This document shows positions 34,665 to 45,904 of a stretch of DNA of 64,000 nucleotides, one piece after another. The stretch lies in NCBI GenBank assembly GCA_034226945.1, contig CP120453.1, forward strand, positions 744,001 to 808,000. The letters run 5' to 3'. Every line of letters begins with the position of its first letter. The first letter of the stretch is position 1. This DNA is from Picochlorum sp. SENEW3 (lineage: Eukaryota). The translations under genes and the position numbers were made by a program. The notes beneath the pieces are model-generated. The model did no database searches and had not been told where the DNA came from. It saw only the letters and a program-made list of their open reading frames with translations.

Positions 34665-35738
34665 TTATTTACTAGTCAATTCTTTCTCCAATTCCTCCAA
34701 CGCATACACCACCTCATTATCCTGCTCAGAGTATCCCTGAAGCCTTGCTATCTTGGCACCCTGTGTCGCAGCCTCAGCAGCACTTTCCAATTCTCCCCCA
34801 GCTTTATACGCCACCGCTAACAAGAGCCATACATCTGGAACAGCATCATTCTCCTCCAAAAGACCCTCCAAAATATCCGCCGCAGTTGCTGTCGAGTCAT
34901 CCAATTCCAACAACAGCTTGGCCGTCTCAAAACGAAATTCATACGATGGCAGCATACGTTCACCCTTCTTCTCATCGCCATTGCCATCTTCATCTTCTTC
35001 TTCTTCATCATTATCATCATCATCCCACCATAACTGCAATGATTCCTTCAACAGCCCCAATGCCTCTTCCTCTCTCCCTTGAATCACCCGCAAACTACAA
35101 AGAGCCTGCAACGGCTCTGGATTCTTACTCGTTCCACTTCCAGCTTCATGTAAAAGAGATTCAACCTCAATATAAAGACGAGACACCTCCTCTTCAGAAT
35201 CATCCTCTGCCTCATCCAGTGCATCATGAATCAAACCCATCAACAGCTCCGCCAGCGAGCACAATGCCGACGTCAGATACTCTTCACTATTCTCATCATC
35301 CATATTCCTCAAAATCCCAACCCCCTGTCGCATCGCAGCCTCTGCCTCCTCCGTCCTCCCACAGGCGTCCAACACCTGTCCCAAATACATGAACTTTTCA
35401 AACCCAGTCATGGGAGCCAAATCACAAGCCTTCTGAAGAACCTTTATCGCCTCATCCTTTCTATCATTCGCAAACTCGGCCAGAAAAGATCCATACCCAT
35501 CCAAAAACTCGACATTCTCGGGCTCCCGGAGCACACACTCCTTGTACAGGGCCTCTGCCTGAGCCAAATCTTCACTCATCAGCGCAATCTCTGCTTGCAT
35601 GAATAATTCCTCACAAGACTTTCTAGTACCATGTTGTTCATTTTTATTCTTTCGTCGCTGCGTTTGACCCTTACTATTGCTCCCATGCTGTTGCTGTGCA
35701 TGGCGATGTTGGTGGTGATACCCCATCGTATTCTCCAC
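34665..35738 (-). CDS. ACL4: TPR protein, assembly chaperone of RPL4 (ACL4-like)
   Basis: TPR helices; GFEKFMYLGQ, ALCSLAEL, EPLQALCSLR, LPSYEFRFETAKLLLEL. Confidence 0.75.
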   Translation of the reverse strand: MENTMGYHHQHRHAQQQHGSNSKGQTQRRKNKNEQHGTRKSCEELFMQAEIALMSEDLAQAEALYKECVLREPENVEFLDGYGSFLAEFANDRKDEAIKVLQKACDLAPMTGFEKFMYLGQVLDACGRTEEAEAAMRQGVGILRNMDDENSEEYLTSALCSLAELLMGLIHDALDEAEDDSEEEVSRLYIEVESLLHEAGSGTSKNPEPLQALCSLRVIQGREEEALGLLKESLQLWWDDDDNDEEEEDEDGNGDEKKGERMLPSYEFRFETAKLLLELDDSTATAADILEGLLEENDAVPDVWLLLAVAYKAGGELESAAEAATQGAKIARLQGYSEQDNEVVYALEELEKELTSK

Positions 35739-36227
35739 TCCTCACATACGACACGCCACGAAATCACAACGTTTACTATGATTCAAAAATTTTGGAATAT
35801 TGGAAGCAGGTGAAACATGCCTCGACAGACAGAGCACAGAGGGTTCAAAGATCGATACCAATGCTCCCCATCAACCGATTGATTCAATCGGAATTTCCAT
35901 TCCACTAGTAGGATATGGATGAAGCAACTTGCTGGGGGCAACACAATGAAAAATGTGCCATGCCATGCATCATCATGACATTCCACTCGAATACAAACCC
36001 TCCTCTCTTCCTACTAATCCTACTAGCGATAGAAGGAGTCTGGTGTGATGCACGGGTAAGACCCAGTAGCCATCACTAGATGTGATTTGATTTGAGGTGA
36101 TTTTTCACCAGTGTGTGAGGAGTGGGCATGTCAATGTGCCTCTGGCAATTATTATTGGGACCATTTTAAATGAAATGTTGGTATACACACAATCACATTC
36201 ATAGATTATAATATAAAAATCATAAAC

Positions 36228-38093
36228 ATGCGGGTTATATCCCAGCATAACGGACATGGCGTGGCCACGAGGAAACACGTGGTCAGCAGAACAACTCTTG
36301 GGCGACGTCGTGTTCTTTCAGTTTCAGCAGCTGTGGCGAGTCCTACTACTTCTGGTAAATCCATGAATGCCATAACGACAAAGGAGCAGGAGCAATTGCA
36401 GATGGAGATGGGTTTTTGTCGAATTAATCAACCATATTCTCCAGACTTGCTTCAGCAGCAGGTTTTTTCGGATGCTTCTTCGATTCTTTCGACAGTATCC
36501 AGGTCAATATACATGTTTTCAAATATACTTGGATTTGCATTCAATTTATACATGGATAGAGGGAATGATACGCCGAGTCTGGTCAAGCGCCGTGCGACGG
36601 AACTGAGGGATATGTTGACAAAGCTTGGTCCGACCTTTATTAAAGCCGGTCAGGTCCTAGCCAATCGGCCAGATATTCTGAGGGAGGATTATATGAATGA
36701 GCTGATTGTGTTGCAAGACGATGTTCCGCCTTTTTCTGATGAAGAGGCGTTTAAGATTTTAGAATTGCAGCTTGGGAGACCATTGGGGGAGGTGTTTTCA
36801 TCAATCTCAGAGCAGCCTGTGGCTGCTGCGTCTCTGGGGCAGGTGTACAAAGGGGTGCTTCGCGATACAGGAGAAGCTGTTGCTGTCAAGATACAGAGGC
36901 CTGGAGTGGAGCCTATTATTTATAGAGATTTGTTTATTTTCAGGGCAATTGCCAAGATGCTCAATCCGTTTGCTTTGGCTCGGTTGGGATGCAATGCAGA
37001 GTTGATTGTGGATGAGTTTGGAGAAAAGCTGTTGGAGGAATTAGATTATGTTCAAGAGGCGAGAAATCTGGAGGATTTTAGGAGTAATTTCATGAATGAT
37101 GATTATGTGAAGATTCCGTGGGTGCGACGGGATTTGAGTGGTCCAAAAGTGTTGGTGATGGAATGGATTGATGGGATTCGTTGTACTGATGTGGCACAGC
37201 TCAAGTCGTCCGGGATTAATTTAGATGAGTTTATTAGAGTGGGTGTGGTGTCTGGCCTTCGACAGTTGTTGGAGTTTGGACTGTTTCATGGAGATCCCCA
37301 CCCAGGAAATATTTTTGCCATGAGGGATGGGAGGATTGCGTATGTGGATTTTGGAAACGTGGCAGAACTGTCACAAACGAATAAAGAAGTACTCATAGAT
37401 GCAGTTGTACATGCTGTGAATAAGGATTATCAGGCCATGGCCCAGGATTTCATCAAGTTGGGATTCTTGGCTCCGGGGACGGATGTGAGACCCATTGTGC
37501 CAGCCTTGGAGAAGATTTGGGCGGATTCTATGGGTCGCTCGCTTGCAGATTTTAACTTTAGAACGGTCACGAGCAAGTTTAATGAAGCTGTGTATGAATA
37601 TCCTATTCGGATTCCTGAAAGGTTTTCGCTCGTGATTCGATCCTTGTTGACTCAGGAAGGAATTTGTTTGACGCTCAAGGCAGATTTTCACTTTTTAGAA
37701 GTTGCATATCCCTACGTTGCTCGAAGGCTGTTGACCGATGAAGACCCGGCGTTGCGGCAGCGATTGTTCCAGGTGCTTTTCCAAGATGGTAAATTTAGAT
37801 GGGATCGATTGGAGAATCTCCTCACCCTGGCAAACCAGTCGAGCGGCTCTGTTGATTTATCATCCACCGTTGCAGATGGTGCTAGACTGGTTCTTCTGGA
37901 TGAAGAGCTCAGGCAGCAGCTGCTCATAGCGTTCACCGAAGACGATCGCCTGCATTTTGAGGAGTTGCAGCGGATACTCAATTTGTTGCCCTCCAACAGA
38001 GGAAGTGACATCCTGAGGTCCAGTGCAAGAAACTTTCCAAAGATTGCCCGTGATTTGGCCATTCAATGGTCTGATAGAATCCTAGAAAATTAA
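36228..38093 (+). CDS. ABC1K1: Plastid ABC1 atypical kinase, ABC1K1-like
   Basis: LGPTFIKAGQVLANRPDI, AAASLGQVY, VAVKIQRPG, FHGDPHPGN, DFG. Confidence 0.88.
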   Translation: MRVISQHNGHGVATRKHVVSRTTLGRRRVLSVSAAVASPTTSGKSMNAITTKEQEQLQMEMGFCRINQPYSPDLLQQQVFSDASSILSTVSRSIYMFSNILGFAFNLYMDRGNDTPSLVKRRATELRDMLTKLGPTFIKAGQVLANRPDILREDYMNELIVLQDDVPPFSDEEAFKILELQLGRPLGEVFSSISEQPVAAASLGQVYKGVLRDTGEAVAVKIQRPGVEPIIYRDLFIFRAIAKMLNPFALARLGCNAELIVDEFGEKLLEELDYVQEARNLEDFRSNFMNDDYVKIPWVRRDLSGPKVLVMEWIDGIRCTDVAQLKSSGINLDEFIRVGVVSGLRQLLEFGLFHGDPHPGNIFAMRDGRIAYVDFGNVAELSQTNKEVLIDAVVHAVNKDYQAMAQDFIKLGFLAPGTDVRPIVPALEKIWADSMGRSLADFNFRTVTSKFNEAVYEYPIRIPERFSLVIRSLLTQEGICLTLKADFHFLEVAYPYVARRLLTDEDPALRQRLFQVLFQDGKFRWDRLENLLTLANQSSGSVDLSSTVADGARLVLLDEELRQQLLIAFTEDDRLHFEELQRILNLLPSNRGSDILRSSARNFPKIARDLAIQWSDRILEN

Positions 38094-38094
38094 C

Positions 38095-38601
38095 TTACAC
38101 TTTCCTCATTAACAAGTAAATATTATTATCAACATCCAAATCTTCTAATCTCTTGGGATCTCCCGAGAGCTGCATCAATAACCCACCAAAAGACACAAAA
38201 ACATCTGCCTTGACATGACCACTCGCCAAGGCATCCTTGTACTTGAACACCTTGCCGAACATCACGTAGTCGTACTTGTCCGCCAGACTCTCTCGCGTGC
38301 CTATACTTGTGTCATAAATCTGCTGCCCAGGATCTCCTGTAGGCATGGGACTCCCATCCTTATTCAACGTTGGGGACAGACATACAGTCACCTTTTCTCC
38401 ACTCTTGACAGGGTACACATCCACATTGATGTCCAATATCAGGTCCATCTCGTACAAATCGCTCCTCGCTTTTATTCTACTAACTTTATCAAACTTCTTT
38501 CCATCAGGATCTACCTCTAGAATCTCAAATGTATCCTCTAGAAAGGTAGAACCGCTTCCAGTGTTGATACCCGTCGTTGCATGGTGTTCTGCAGAGGCCA
38601 T
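38095..38601 (-). CDS. RPB8: RNA polymerase I/II/III common subunit RPB8
   Basis: DPDGKKFDKVSRI, LADKYDYVMFGKVFK, VSFGGLLM. Confidence 0.95.
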   Translation of the reverse strand: MASAEHHATTGINTGSGSTFLEDTFEILEVDPDGKKFDKVSRIKARSDLYEMDLILDINVDVYPVKSGEKVTVCLSPTLNKDGSPMPTGDPGQQIYDTSIGTRESLADKYDYVMFGKVFKYKDALASGHVKADVFVSFGGLLMQLSGDPKRLEDLDVDNNIYLLMRKV

Positions 38602-38764
38602 TTTTCTCTTACTTTCCAATCGTATTACGAATTAATGGTTCAATATAAATATGAAAATTATTTTCATAGCTCTTTTGGTGTTTTGTGAGACGTACATTGC
38701 ATAAAACGGTGTTACATTGTTACCTTATTAAGGAATTTTCCTGCCACCATCGCATCTTGGTCTT

Positions 38765-39874
38765 GTGACAATGTGCCGCAGCTCGTTTCTCATTAAATTA
38801 TGTTTATCATATGATATGGTGGTGATGGTGGTTGGAATGTCTCATCAACGGTGTTGTGGTCGTCTTCACGCTTCTACTTGCATACCAAGGACCAAGAATT
38901 GCTTCCTGCTCAGGGATTCATCGACACATTTTTCGACTCGTATTCGACAGAGACGTACTAGAAGAAATATTTCTGACTTTGTTGTTCGAGTTCATGCGTT
39001 GGATGCCGCAATGTCGTTTGATAAAGAAACGAAACTGCGGGAGGAGATCTCAAACAAGTCCAAATTGAAAATTGGGATTGTAGGATTTGGTAATTTTGGA
39101 CAGTTTTTGGCCAAGAGATTTGTGATGGCTGGGCACGACGTGATTGGGACCTCTCGAGGAGATTATGTGGACGTTGCAAAGGACATGGGTGCAACGTTTT
39201 ACAAGGATGTGGATGACTTTTGTGAACAGCATCCTGATGTGGTGGTGCTGGCATCTTCTATTTTATCATTTGACAATGTTGTCAGAAAGATTCCCGTTCA
39301 AAGATTGAAGCGATCGACCTTATTTGTCGACGTATTGTCTGTCAAGGTATTTCCAAAGAATTTGCTGTTGGGAGTCTTGCCAGAAGAGGTTGATATTCTG
39401 TGCACTCATCCCATGTTTGGTCCGGATTCTGGAAAGGGATCATGGGAGGGGTTGAACTTTATGTATGAGAAAGTGCGTATCGGGGAAGAAAAGGATAGGC
39501 AGGAAAGGGTGGACTCGTTTTTGAGCATCTTTAGGGACGAGGGGTGCAGGATGGTGGAGATGACGTGTGAGGAGCATGATAGGGATGCTGCATCTACACA
39601 ATTCATTACACATTCGGTGGGAAGGACTTTGGGTGCCATGAAACTACAGAAAACTGATATTGATACAAAGGGATACGAATCGCTTCTGTCTTTGGTTGAG
39701 AATACGGCAAATGATTCATTTGACCTCTATTATGGCTTGTTCTTGTACAATCCAAATGCAACTGAGGAACTGGAGAGGTTGGAACAAGCATTTGACAAGG
39801 TGAAGAGGAGGTTATTTAGCCAGTTACATGAGAAATTACGAGAACAACTAAATGTCAATGAATCGAATAAATGA
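38765..39874 (+). CDS. TYRAAT: Plastid arogenate dehydrogenase (true start probably a downstream Met)
   Basis: KIGIVGFGNFGQFLA, DVLSVK, ILCTHPMFGPDSG, EEHD, DSFDLYYGLF. Confidence 0.93.
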   Translation: MTMCRSSFLIKLCLSYDMVVMVVGMSHQRCCGRLHASTCIPRTKNCFLLRDSSTHFSTRIRQRRTRRNISDFVVRVHALDAAMSFDKETKLREEISNKSKLKIGIVGFGNFGQFLAKRFVMAGHDVIGTSRGDYVDVAKDMGATFYKDVDDFCEQHPDVVVLASSILSFDNVVRKIPVQRLKRSTLFVDVLSVKVFPKNLLLGVLPEEVDILCTHPMFGPDSGKGSWEGLNFMYEKVRIGEEKDRQERVDSFLSIFRDEGCRMVEMTCEEHDRDAASTQFITHSVGRTLGAMKLQKTDIDTKGYESLLSLVENTANDSFDLYYGLFLYNPNATEELERLEQAFDKVKRRLFSQLHEKLREQLNVNESNK

Positions 39875-39888
39875 ATGTAATGGAAAAA

Positions 39889-42291
39889 TCAAGCACCAGT
39901 GAGCTGTGCCTCTTTATTCTCTGCTGCCTTCACTTTGATCAGGTTGATCATGGCAAACACACCAAAGAGGCCAGCTCCTGTAAAGGATGCCGATGCTGCA
40001 ATGCCCATGGCGCTCACTGATAGGACGGTTCCAATGTTGACGAGCATAGAAGCCATGATGGTGGACATGGTGGCCTTTTGCATCATGGCGACACGACTCA
40101 ATGCTCTTTCTGCCTCCAAGGAGCGAACTCTCAGTTTCAAATCTCCACGTTCAAGCTGTCTCATAATTGTATACACGTCTTCAATCATGTTGGGTCCTTT
40201 GAATAGGTTCACGACGGCCCTATTCTGGAGCTCAAGTCGCTTGCCCCATTCCTCCTGAAGTTTTGCATACTGAGGTGATCCTTCCAGAAGAAGTTCTCTT
40301 GCATATGGAGCTGAAATCTCTGAAATATCAAAACGATTGTCCAATGCCTTACCAATTCCATCGAGAACGGTGAATGATCGGACAACAAAGGTAAAGGTTG
40401 CTGGGAATCTGAATGGTTTATCGGCAGATGCCACCAAAAGATCTTCCCCAATGGATGCAAGTATCTGCTTCCTTCGTTGCTTTGCTTCTTCCTTTGATCT
40501 TTGTGGTTTGAACGAATCAGAATACGCCTCATCTTTCTGACGCTGCTCTCTCTGCTCTTTCAGCCTCTCCTCGAAGGAATTCAGGAAGAATTCTCCTGTT
40601 CGCCTCACAGCAGTTCTGTCACCTCCCTCAACAAGCACACCCATTTTCACCAACGCATCCAAACATCCATCCACATTCTTCTTATACACTCCGTAAAAGA
40701 GTTCCAAAAGTCCACTCCTAACATCATTTGGAATCGTTCCCATCATACCAAAGTCATAATAAATCAAACGGCCGCCTCCCTCGGCATCAACAGCAATATT
40801 CCCTGGGTGCGGATCCGCATGGAAGAAACCATACGTCAATAATTGCTGAAGATACGACTCGACAGTACGACGCGCAAGAAGTTGGCGATCGACGCCCATC
40901 GCATCCAATTCACTGGCCCTGTTAATCTTTGTGCCTGGTACATACTCCAGAGTCAACACCTCTGATGTTGTGTAATCCCACAATACCTTTGGCACCTTGA
41001 TCCACGGTGTGTCTTTAAAGTTTTCTCTGAATCGATCTGCATTCTTCCCTTCGAGGGTATAATCAATTTCCTGGTACAGAATTCTGGAGCACTCGTCATA
41101 AATAGCCACCCAATCACGTGCTGCACCGTCAGATTTGGGGTCAACCTTTTGCAACCACTCTGCAAGCACTCTCACATTCTTCAAATCGATATCAAACAAA
41201 TCCTTTAATCCGGGGCGTTGCACCTTCACCACCACCCGCTCTCCATTCAACTTGGCAACATGAACCTGTCCGAGCGATGCTGCTGCGATCGGCTCTGGAT
41301 CAAACTCTTCAAACACCTCATTCACTGGCTTCCCCAACCCTCTCTCCACAATCTCGATCGATTTCTGTGAAGAAAATGGAGGCACATTATCCTGAAGCTT
41401 TTCCAACTCTTTAATAAACTCTGGTGACAACACATCCACCCTGGTGGAGAACTGCTGTCCAATCTTGATAAACGTCGGACCAAGCTTCACAAGCCCTTCC
41501 CTCAACCACACAGCTAGCTCCTTCTTTCTCTCCGTCACAGCAGCTTCCGTCATACCATTCTTCTTGTACGTGAACTTTTGATTCACAAGCCACAACTTGA
41601 AGAAAAAGGTGAATGCAAAACTCCAAATCTCCCATGTCCTTTGGAACGTCGAGTACGATTTGAAACGACCCCATCTCCCTCCAGGCTCTCGATAGGGCAT
41701 CTGAGCTTTGCTGGACGCAGGTGATGTCGAAGGAGCAGCAGCGGTCGCAGCCCCACCATTCACACTTTCTCTATCCTTCTTTGCCAGTGCCTCCTGAGCA
41801 GCTGTTTCCAAATGTCCAGCATCATCCGCAGACAAGTACCCATCAATCTCATTGCTCAAACTGGCCCCATTACTTTCCACAACAACAACAGCACTGCCGT
41901 TCCCGTTGGCAGAAGCGCCATTCACGGAAGCGCCATTCCCATTCGCTGAAGACGACGTGGAAGAAGCAGTCTCTTGTTCCGCACTCGCAGCCTTCAAAAA
42001 CACCAGAAATAAATTAATGTGCCATAAAATCACGCCATTCAACCTCATAATCGTAGAAACAGGGATAAGATAACGTACTTCTCGAAGCTGCAAACGCTTC
42101 GCATTTCCGAGTACAGGAACCGTATTTCCACCCAAAAATCCATGATTATTTCTTCTTAATACATGGAAAGGTGATACAGAGCCAGTGATTGGGCTCTTGG
42201 AAATAGACAGGGCAATCTGTCGCCTGTGTCCAGGCAGGACGACATGCCGTGGATTTCCCAAACCAACTCTCTGCATTACATATACTTGCAT
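39889..42291 (-). CDS. ABC1K8: Plastid ABC1 kinase, ABC1K8/OSA1-like (probable in-frame intron approx. 41992-42077)
   Basis: YSTFQRTWEIW, LGPTFIKIGQQFSTRVD, DGAARDWVAIYDEC, FHADPHPGN, C-terminal TM helices. Confidence 0.88.
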   Translation of the reverse strand: MQVYVMQRVGLGNPRHVVLPGHRRQIALSISKSPITGSVSPFHVLRRNNHGFLGGNTVPVLGNAKRLQLREVRYLIPVSTIMRLNGVILWHINLFLVFLKAASAEQETASSTSSSANGNGASVNGASANGNGSAVVVVESNGASLSNEIDGYLSADDAGHLETAAQEALAKKDRESVNGGAATAAAPSTSPASSKAQMPYREPGGRWGRFKSYSTFQRTWEIWSFAFTFFFKLWLVNQKFTYKKNGMTEAAVTERKKELAVWLREGLVKLGPTFIKIGQQFSTRVDVLSPEFIKELEKLQDNVPPFSSQKSIEIVERGLGKPVNEVFEEFDPEPIAAASLGQVHVAKLNGERVVVKVQRPGLKDLFDIDLKNVRVLAEWLQKVDPKSDGAARDWVAIYDECSRILYQEIDYTLEGKNADRFRENFKDTPWIKVPKVLWDYTTSEVLTLEYVPGTKINRASELDAMGVDRQLLARRTVESYLQQLLTYGFFHADPHPGNIAVDAEGGGRLIYYDFGMMGTIPNDVRSGLLELFYGVYKKNVDGCLDALVKMGVLVEGGDRTAVRRTGEFFLNSFEERLKEQREQRQKDEAYSDSFKPQRSKEEAKQRRKQILASIGEDLLVASADKPFRFPATFTFVVRSFTVLDGIGKALDNRFDISEISAPYARELLLEGSPQYAKLQEEWGKRLELQNRAVVNLFKGPNMIEDVYTIMRQLERGDLKLRVRSLEAERALSRVAMMQKATMSTIMASMLVNIGTVLSVSAMGIAASASFTGAGLFGVFAMINLIKVKAAENKEAQLTGA

Positions 42292-42435
42292 ACTATGTAA
42301 TAAAAATGATTCAGTCCCATGGAATGCGTATCATATCACATTCACCCCCCGCATGCATCCAGTCTGGACGATGTTGGCATCATGCCATTATCAGAGAGAA
42401 TTCCTCTGTCTCTCTTTGAATTCATTCGATTCTTC

Positions 42436-43572
42436 TCATTCGTCTTCTTTTACGAATCGATCCTTTCGAAGACCGGTCAAAAACCTCATCAAAATCTGAG
42501 AATACGCCTTGACTGGCGTCAAAAATTTAATATATTGACCATTAAACATATTGGGCAGCATGGATCCTTCCACCTTTCCAGGAACCTCTCTGATAGCTGG
42601 CACCAAAAAGTTTGCCATGGTCTCTGGCGTCTCAGCCAAACAATTAATCATTAATCTAGAGATTTTAGAGTCTGCCCCCGCCATGAGAAGATCCGTGGTG
42701 ACCATGCCCGGACTGATGGCATGCACACACACATTTGGAATCTTGGCTATACTGAGCTCAGCACGCATGCTTTTATTAAACTGATCCAGAGATCTTTTCG
42801 TCGCACCATACGCTGCGAATCGAGGGGTCGCATTCCCATCGGCGCCGGCGCCATCCATGTTGAATATATGCCCCCCATTGGGCTGATTCTTCATACAATT
42901 AATAGCAGCCTTGGTCCCATACATGACTCCCAAAACATTCGTCGACACCACTGATTGAATATCTTCATCACTTTGTTCAAAAAATGGCTTGAATGAATAC
43001 CCATTCGTCCCAGCATTGTTCACCCAGATATCCACAGATCCAAATGACTCGGAGGCAAAGGCAGCCACAGCAGTCATATCTGACGCATTCGTCACATCCG
43101 CCCGCATCCCCACGACTTTATTGGAGTCACCTGTGTATTGCTGCAACTCTTCTACAGTAGCCCGGACTCTCTCCTCATTACGTGAACACACCACAACATT
43201 GTCTCCACACTCTAAAAACTTTTGAGCAAGCGCCTTGCCAGCACCCTTGGTTGCCCCGGTAATGACAACATTAAATCGTCTACCACTGCCCTCTTCATGC
43301 AGTATACTCGTACTCGGAGGATATTCTTGCTGCTCCTGTCGATCAGACACGGCTCGAGTTGTTGTTGTACCAAGGGTTGTCCTTTGTACTACTTGCACCC
43401 CACGTCTACTTCCTACCACAGGCACCCCGTGATGCCCGTTCTTCCCGTATATGCATGTATCTGTCCTAGATGTATTGCAATAGGTATAGATTGAAGGATG
43501 AGAATGAATATAATGCCTCGCCATGGAAGACTGCAACGCAACATGGCAGTGCCGTGGTACTCCCTGCTGCAT
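42436..43572 (-). CDS. NOL: Chlorophyll(ide) b reductase, NOL-like SDR
   Basis: VVITGATKGAG, WVNNAG, GHIFNMDGAGADGNATPRFAAYGATKR, SPGMVTTDLL. Confidence 0.9.
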   Translation of the reverse strand: MQQGVPRHCHVALQSSMARHYIHSHPSIYTYCNTSRTDTCIYGKNGHHGVPVVGSRRGVQVVQRTTLGTTTTRAVSDRQEQQEYPPSTSILHEEGSGRRFNVVITGATKGAGKALAQKFLECGDNVVVCSRNEERVRATVEELQQYTGDSNKVVGMRADVTNASDMTAVAAFASESFGSVDIWVNNAGTNGYSFKPFFEQSDEDIQSVVSTNVLGVMYGTKAAINCMKNQPNGGHIFNMDGAGADGNATPRFAAYGATKRSLDQFNKSMRAELSIAKIPNVCVHAISPGMVTTDLLMAGADSKISRLMINCLAETPETMANFLVPAIREVPGKVEGSMLPNMFNGQYIKFLTPVKAYSQILMRFLTGLRKDRFVKEDE

Positions 43573-43984
43573 TCTGCTACTTTTTACCTGTGAATCAAAT
43601 ATATGGGTACAAGAATTACTTTATGTGGTCTCTTTTAGGAAACTATTGAGGCTGGAAATCAAGAAAAGTTTGTATTTGTAGAGAAACAGGAATGAAACAT
43701 AATCTCCCATCAACGATTGCCTAGGACCGGAGAAGAATATCAGCGTCTATTTCATAACAACACGCAGAAAACATGGTGGACAACCACCTATGCCTGCTTT
43801 CTCTGTTCAGGACTTTGTGAGAAAAATTCCGTTGATATTTCTGCAGCACTGGGTGGTCAACTGCAAGACAGAATCCTCCGTGGACCGCAAAACGAGGGGT
43901 TCTCAATCATTCCTGGTTCAGCTGTCTTCTGATTGTGTGGTGACTCTCTTTCGACTGTAGTTGATTGTATTCTTGCTATCAGGT

Positions 43985-45904
43985 ATGGCTGCTGGAGCGA
44001 CGACCCCTGGCGGTGCAGCTGTGAACGCCGTTCAGCAACCTTCCCCCGCTGCAGCTGTGGCCATGTTGGGAGCGACCCAGGAGGAGCGTCAGAGGCGGAA
44101 ACAGGCCTTGGAATCTGAATTAGAGGTGGTGAGAAATCAGAAGGCCAAGGTGCTTCGATCAATCCAACAGATTGCAAAGAAGCAGAAACTCGGAGGAGGG
44201 GAGGCGGCGATGCAGAATACTGTCGAGGCGAAAATTGACGCTGAGAAACGGCATCATGCTGAGGTACAGAAGAAATTATGGCAGGGGTGTACGCGGATTG
44301 TGGCAGAGTTGTTGAAGAACCAGAACACAAAGGTGTACTTTGGGGAACCTGTGCGTGCAGACTTGTATCCAAATTATTACGAGATGATTAAAAATCCTAG
44401 GGATTTGGGAACGATAAAAAAGAATTTGGATACTCCTGGGTATTATAAGAATGTGTATGAGTTTAGAGATGATGTTCGGTTGTGCTTTGAGAATTGTCGA
44501 ACATTCAATCCTGTGAATAATCATGTGAGAAAGGTTGGAGATGGGGCATCGAGTTCGTTTGAGAAGAAGTGGGCTGCAAAGCGTATTGAAGAGGAGTGGG
44601 AGGGTGAATTGAAGAGGCATGAGCTATCGATGACGAGATTGGAGGCTGAGGCTAAATCATTGCCGGATAAGATTAAAGAGGTAGATGAAGAGTTGCAGTC
44701 TCTGGCGTCAAAGGCTGCCGAGCGACATGCGCCGAAAGTGCCAGGCCCCGATAGAGCGATGACATTCGAAGAGAAGAGAAAGTTGAGTCATTCTATTGCG
44801 CAGCATGTGGATGGGGATCAAATGGGAAGGATTTTAGAGCTCATCATGGCCAGTCCAAATGCACCAAAGAGTGAAGGTGATGAGGAGGTGGAAGTAGATA
44901 TTGATGCGTTGGATGACGATACATTGTGGAAGATCCAGGCGTATGTGGATACTATTATTGCAGAGGCTGCGGCAAAGCAGCCTCCACGTCCAGATGCGCA
45001 GCAGGCGGTAACAGCAACTGGGGAGACGCCAACAGTTGATAGCAACCATGAGCGCACTGGGGAGGTTCATGGAGAAGGAGTAGGAAGTGGTTCAGAAGGT
45101 ATGGCATCAAACCCCAAGAAAGACTCGACAGCTGATCCACAGGCCACTGTGACTGAAGAAAATGCAAATACTGATGACAAAACTGCTGACAATAATGACA
45201 TGACTGCACCCATGCAAACTGACGACCAATAATCCGTTTTCTTCACCTGTGGCTTCGAGTTCTCTTGGTAGGAGTTGCGCATTGGTGTGTATGATTCTCC
45301 TCAATCCCAATGTCCTACTGGTTGTGATGCAGGAGGTGGAGCAAAAGCGCATGATTTGACAACTTTTGTTTCTGCAACTGGACCAGGAACGCAGCCACAG
45401 ATAATAAAATCTTCGGGACAGAAGAAGGATGTACAAATTCAGGATGCCAAAGGCTGGGCGGATTTGTCAAAGGAGGCTGGAAAGGATACAGAAAAGCCTG
45501 CGGGGGAAGAAAATGACACCCTGTGGACTGAATTCAAAGGAAAAGAGGAGGAGCAAAAACTGTTGACGGAACAAAGAAAAGCGCTAGAAGAGGAAGAGCA
45601 AAGAAAAAAGAAGGAGGCTGCTAGATTGGCAGAGGAAGAGGCTGCGAGAAAGGCAGAAGAGGAGAAGAGGCGTGCCGAGGAGCAAGCTGCAGAAGCCAGG
45701 AAAAAGGAGGAAGAAATGCGAAGGAAAGAAGCAGAAGAGCTCGAGGTGATGAATACACAGGCAGAGGAAGATGCCGAACTCGATATGATGAGGCAAGCTG
45801 GGCATGAAGACGGCAATGACCACCTGAATGACATGGACATTGTAGATGATGTAGACGATGGAGACGATGACGACGCTTCAGAAGAAGAACCCATGGACAT
45901 TTAA
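43985..45904 (+). CDS. Bromodomain + ET (GTE/BET) transcription factor; long form via intron 45099-45332
   Basis: Bromodomain (FGEPV, YYEMIKNPRDLGTI, CFENCRTFN), ET domain (MTFEEKRKLS..EVEVDIDALDDDTLWKI), charged C-terminal exon; 5' end uncertain. Confidence 0.85.
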
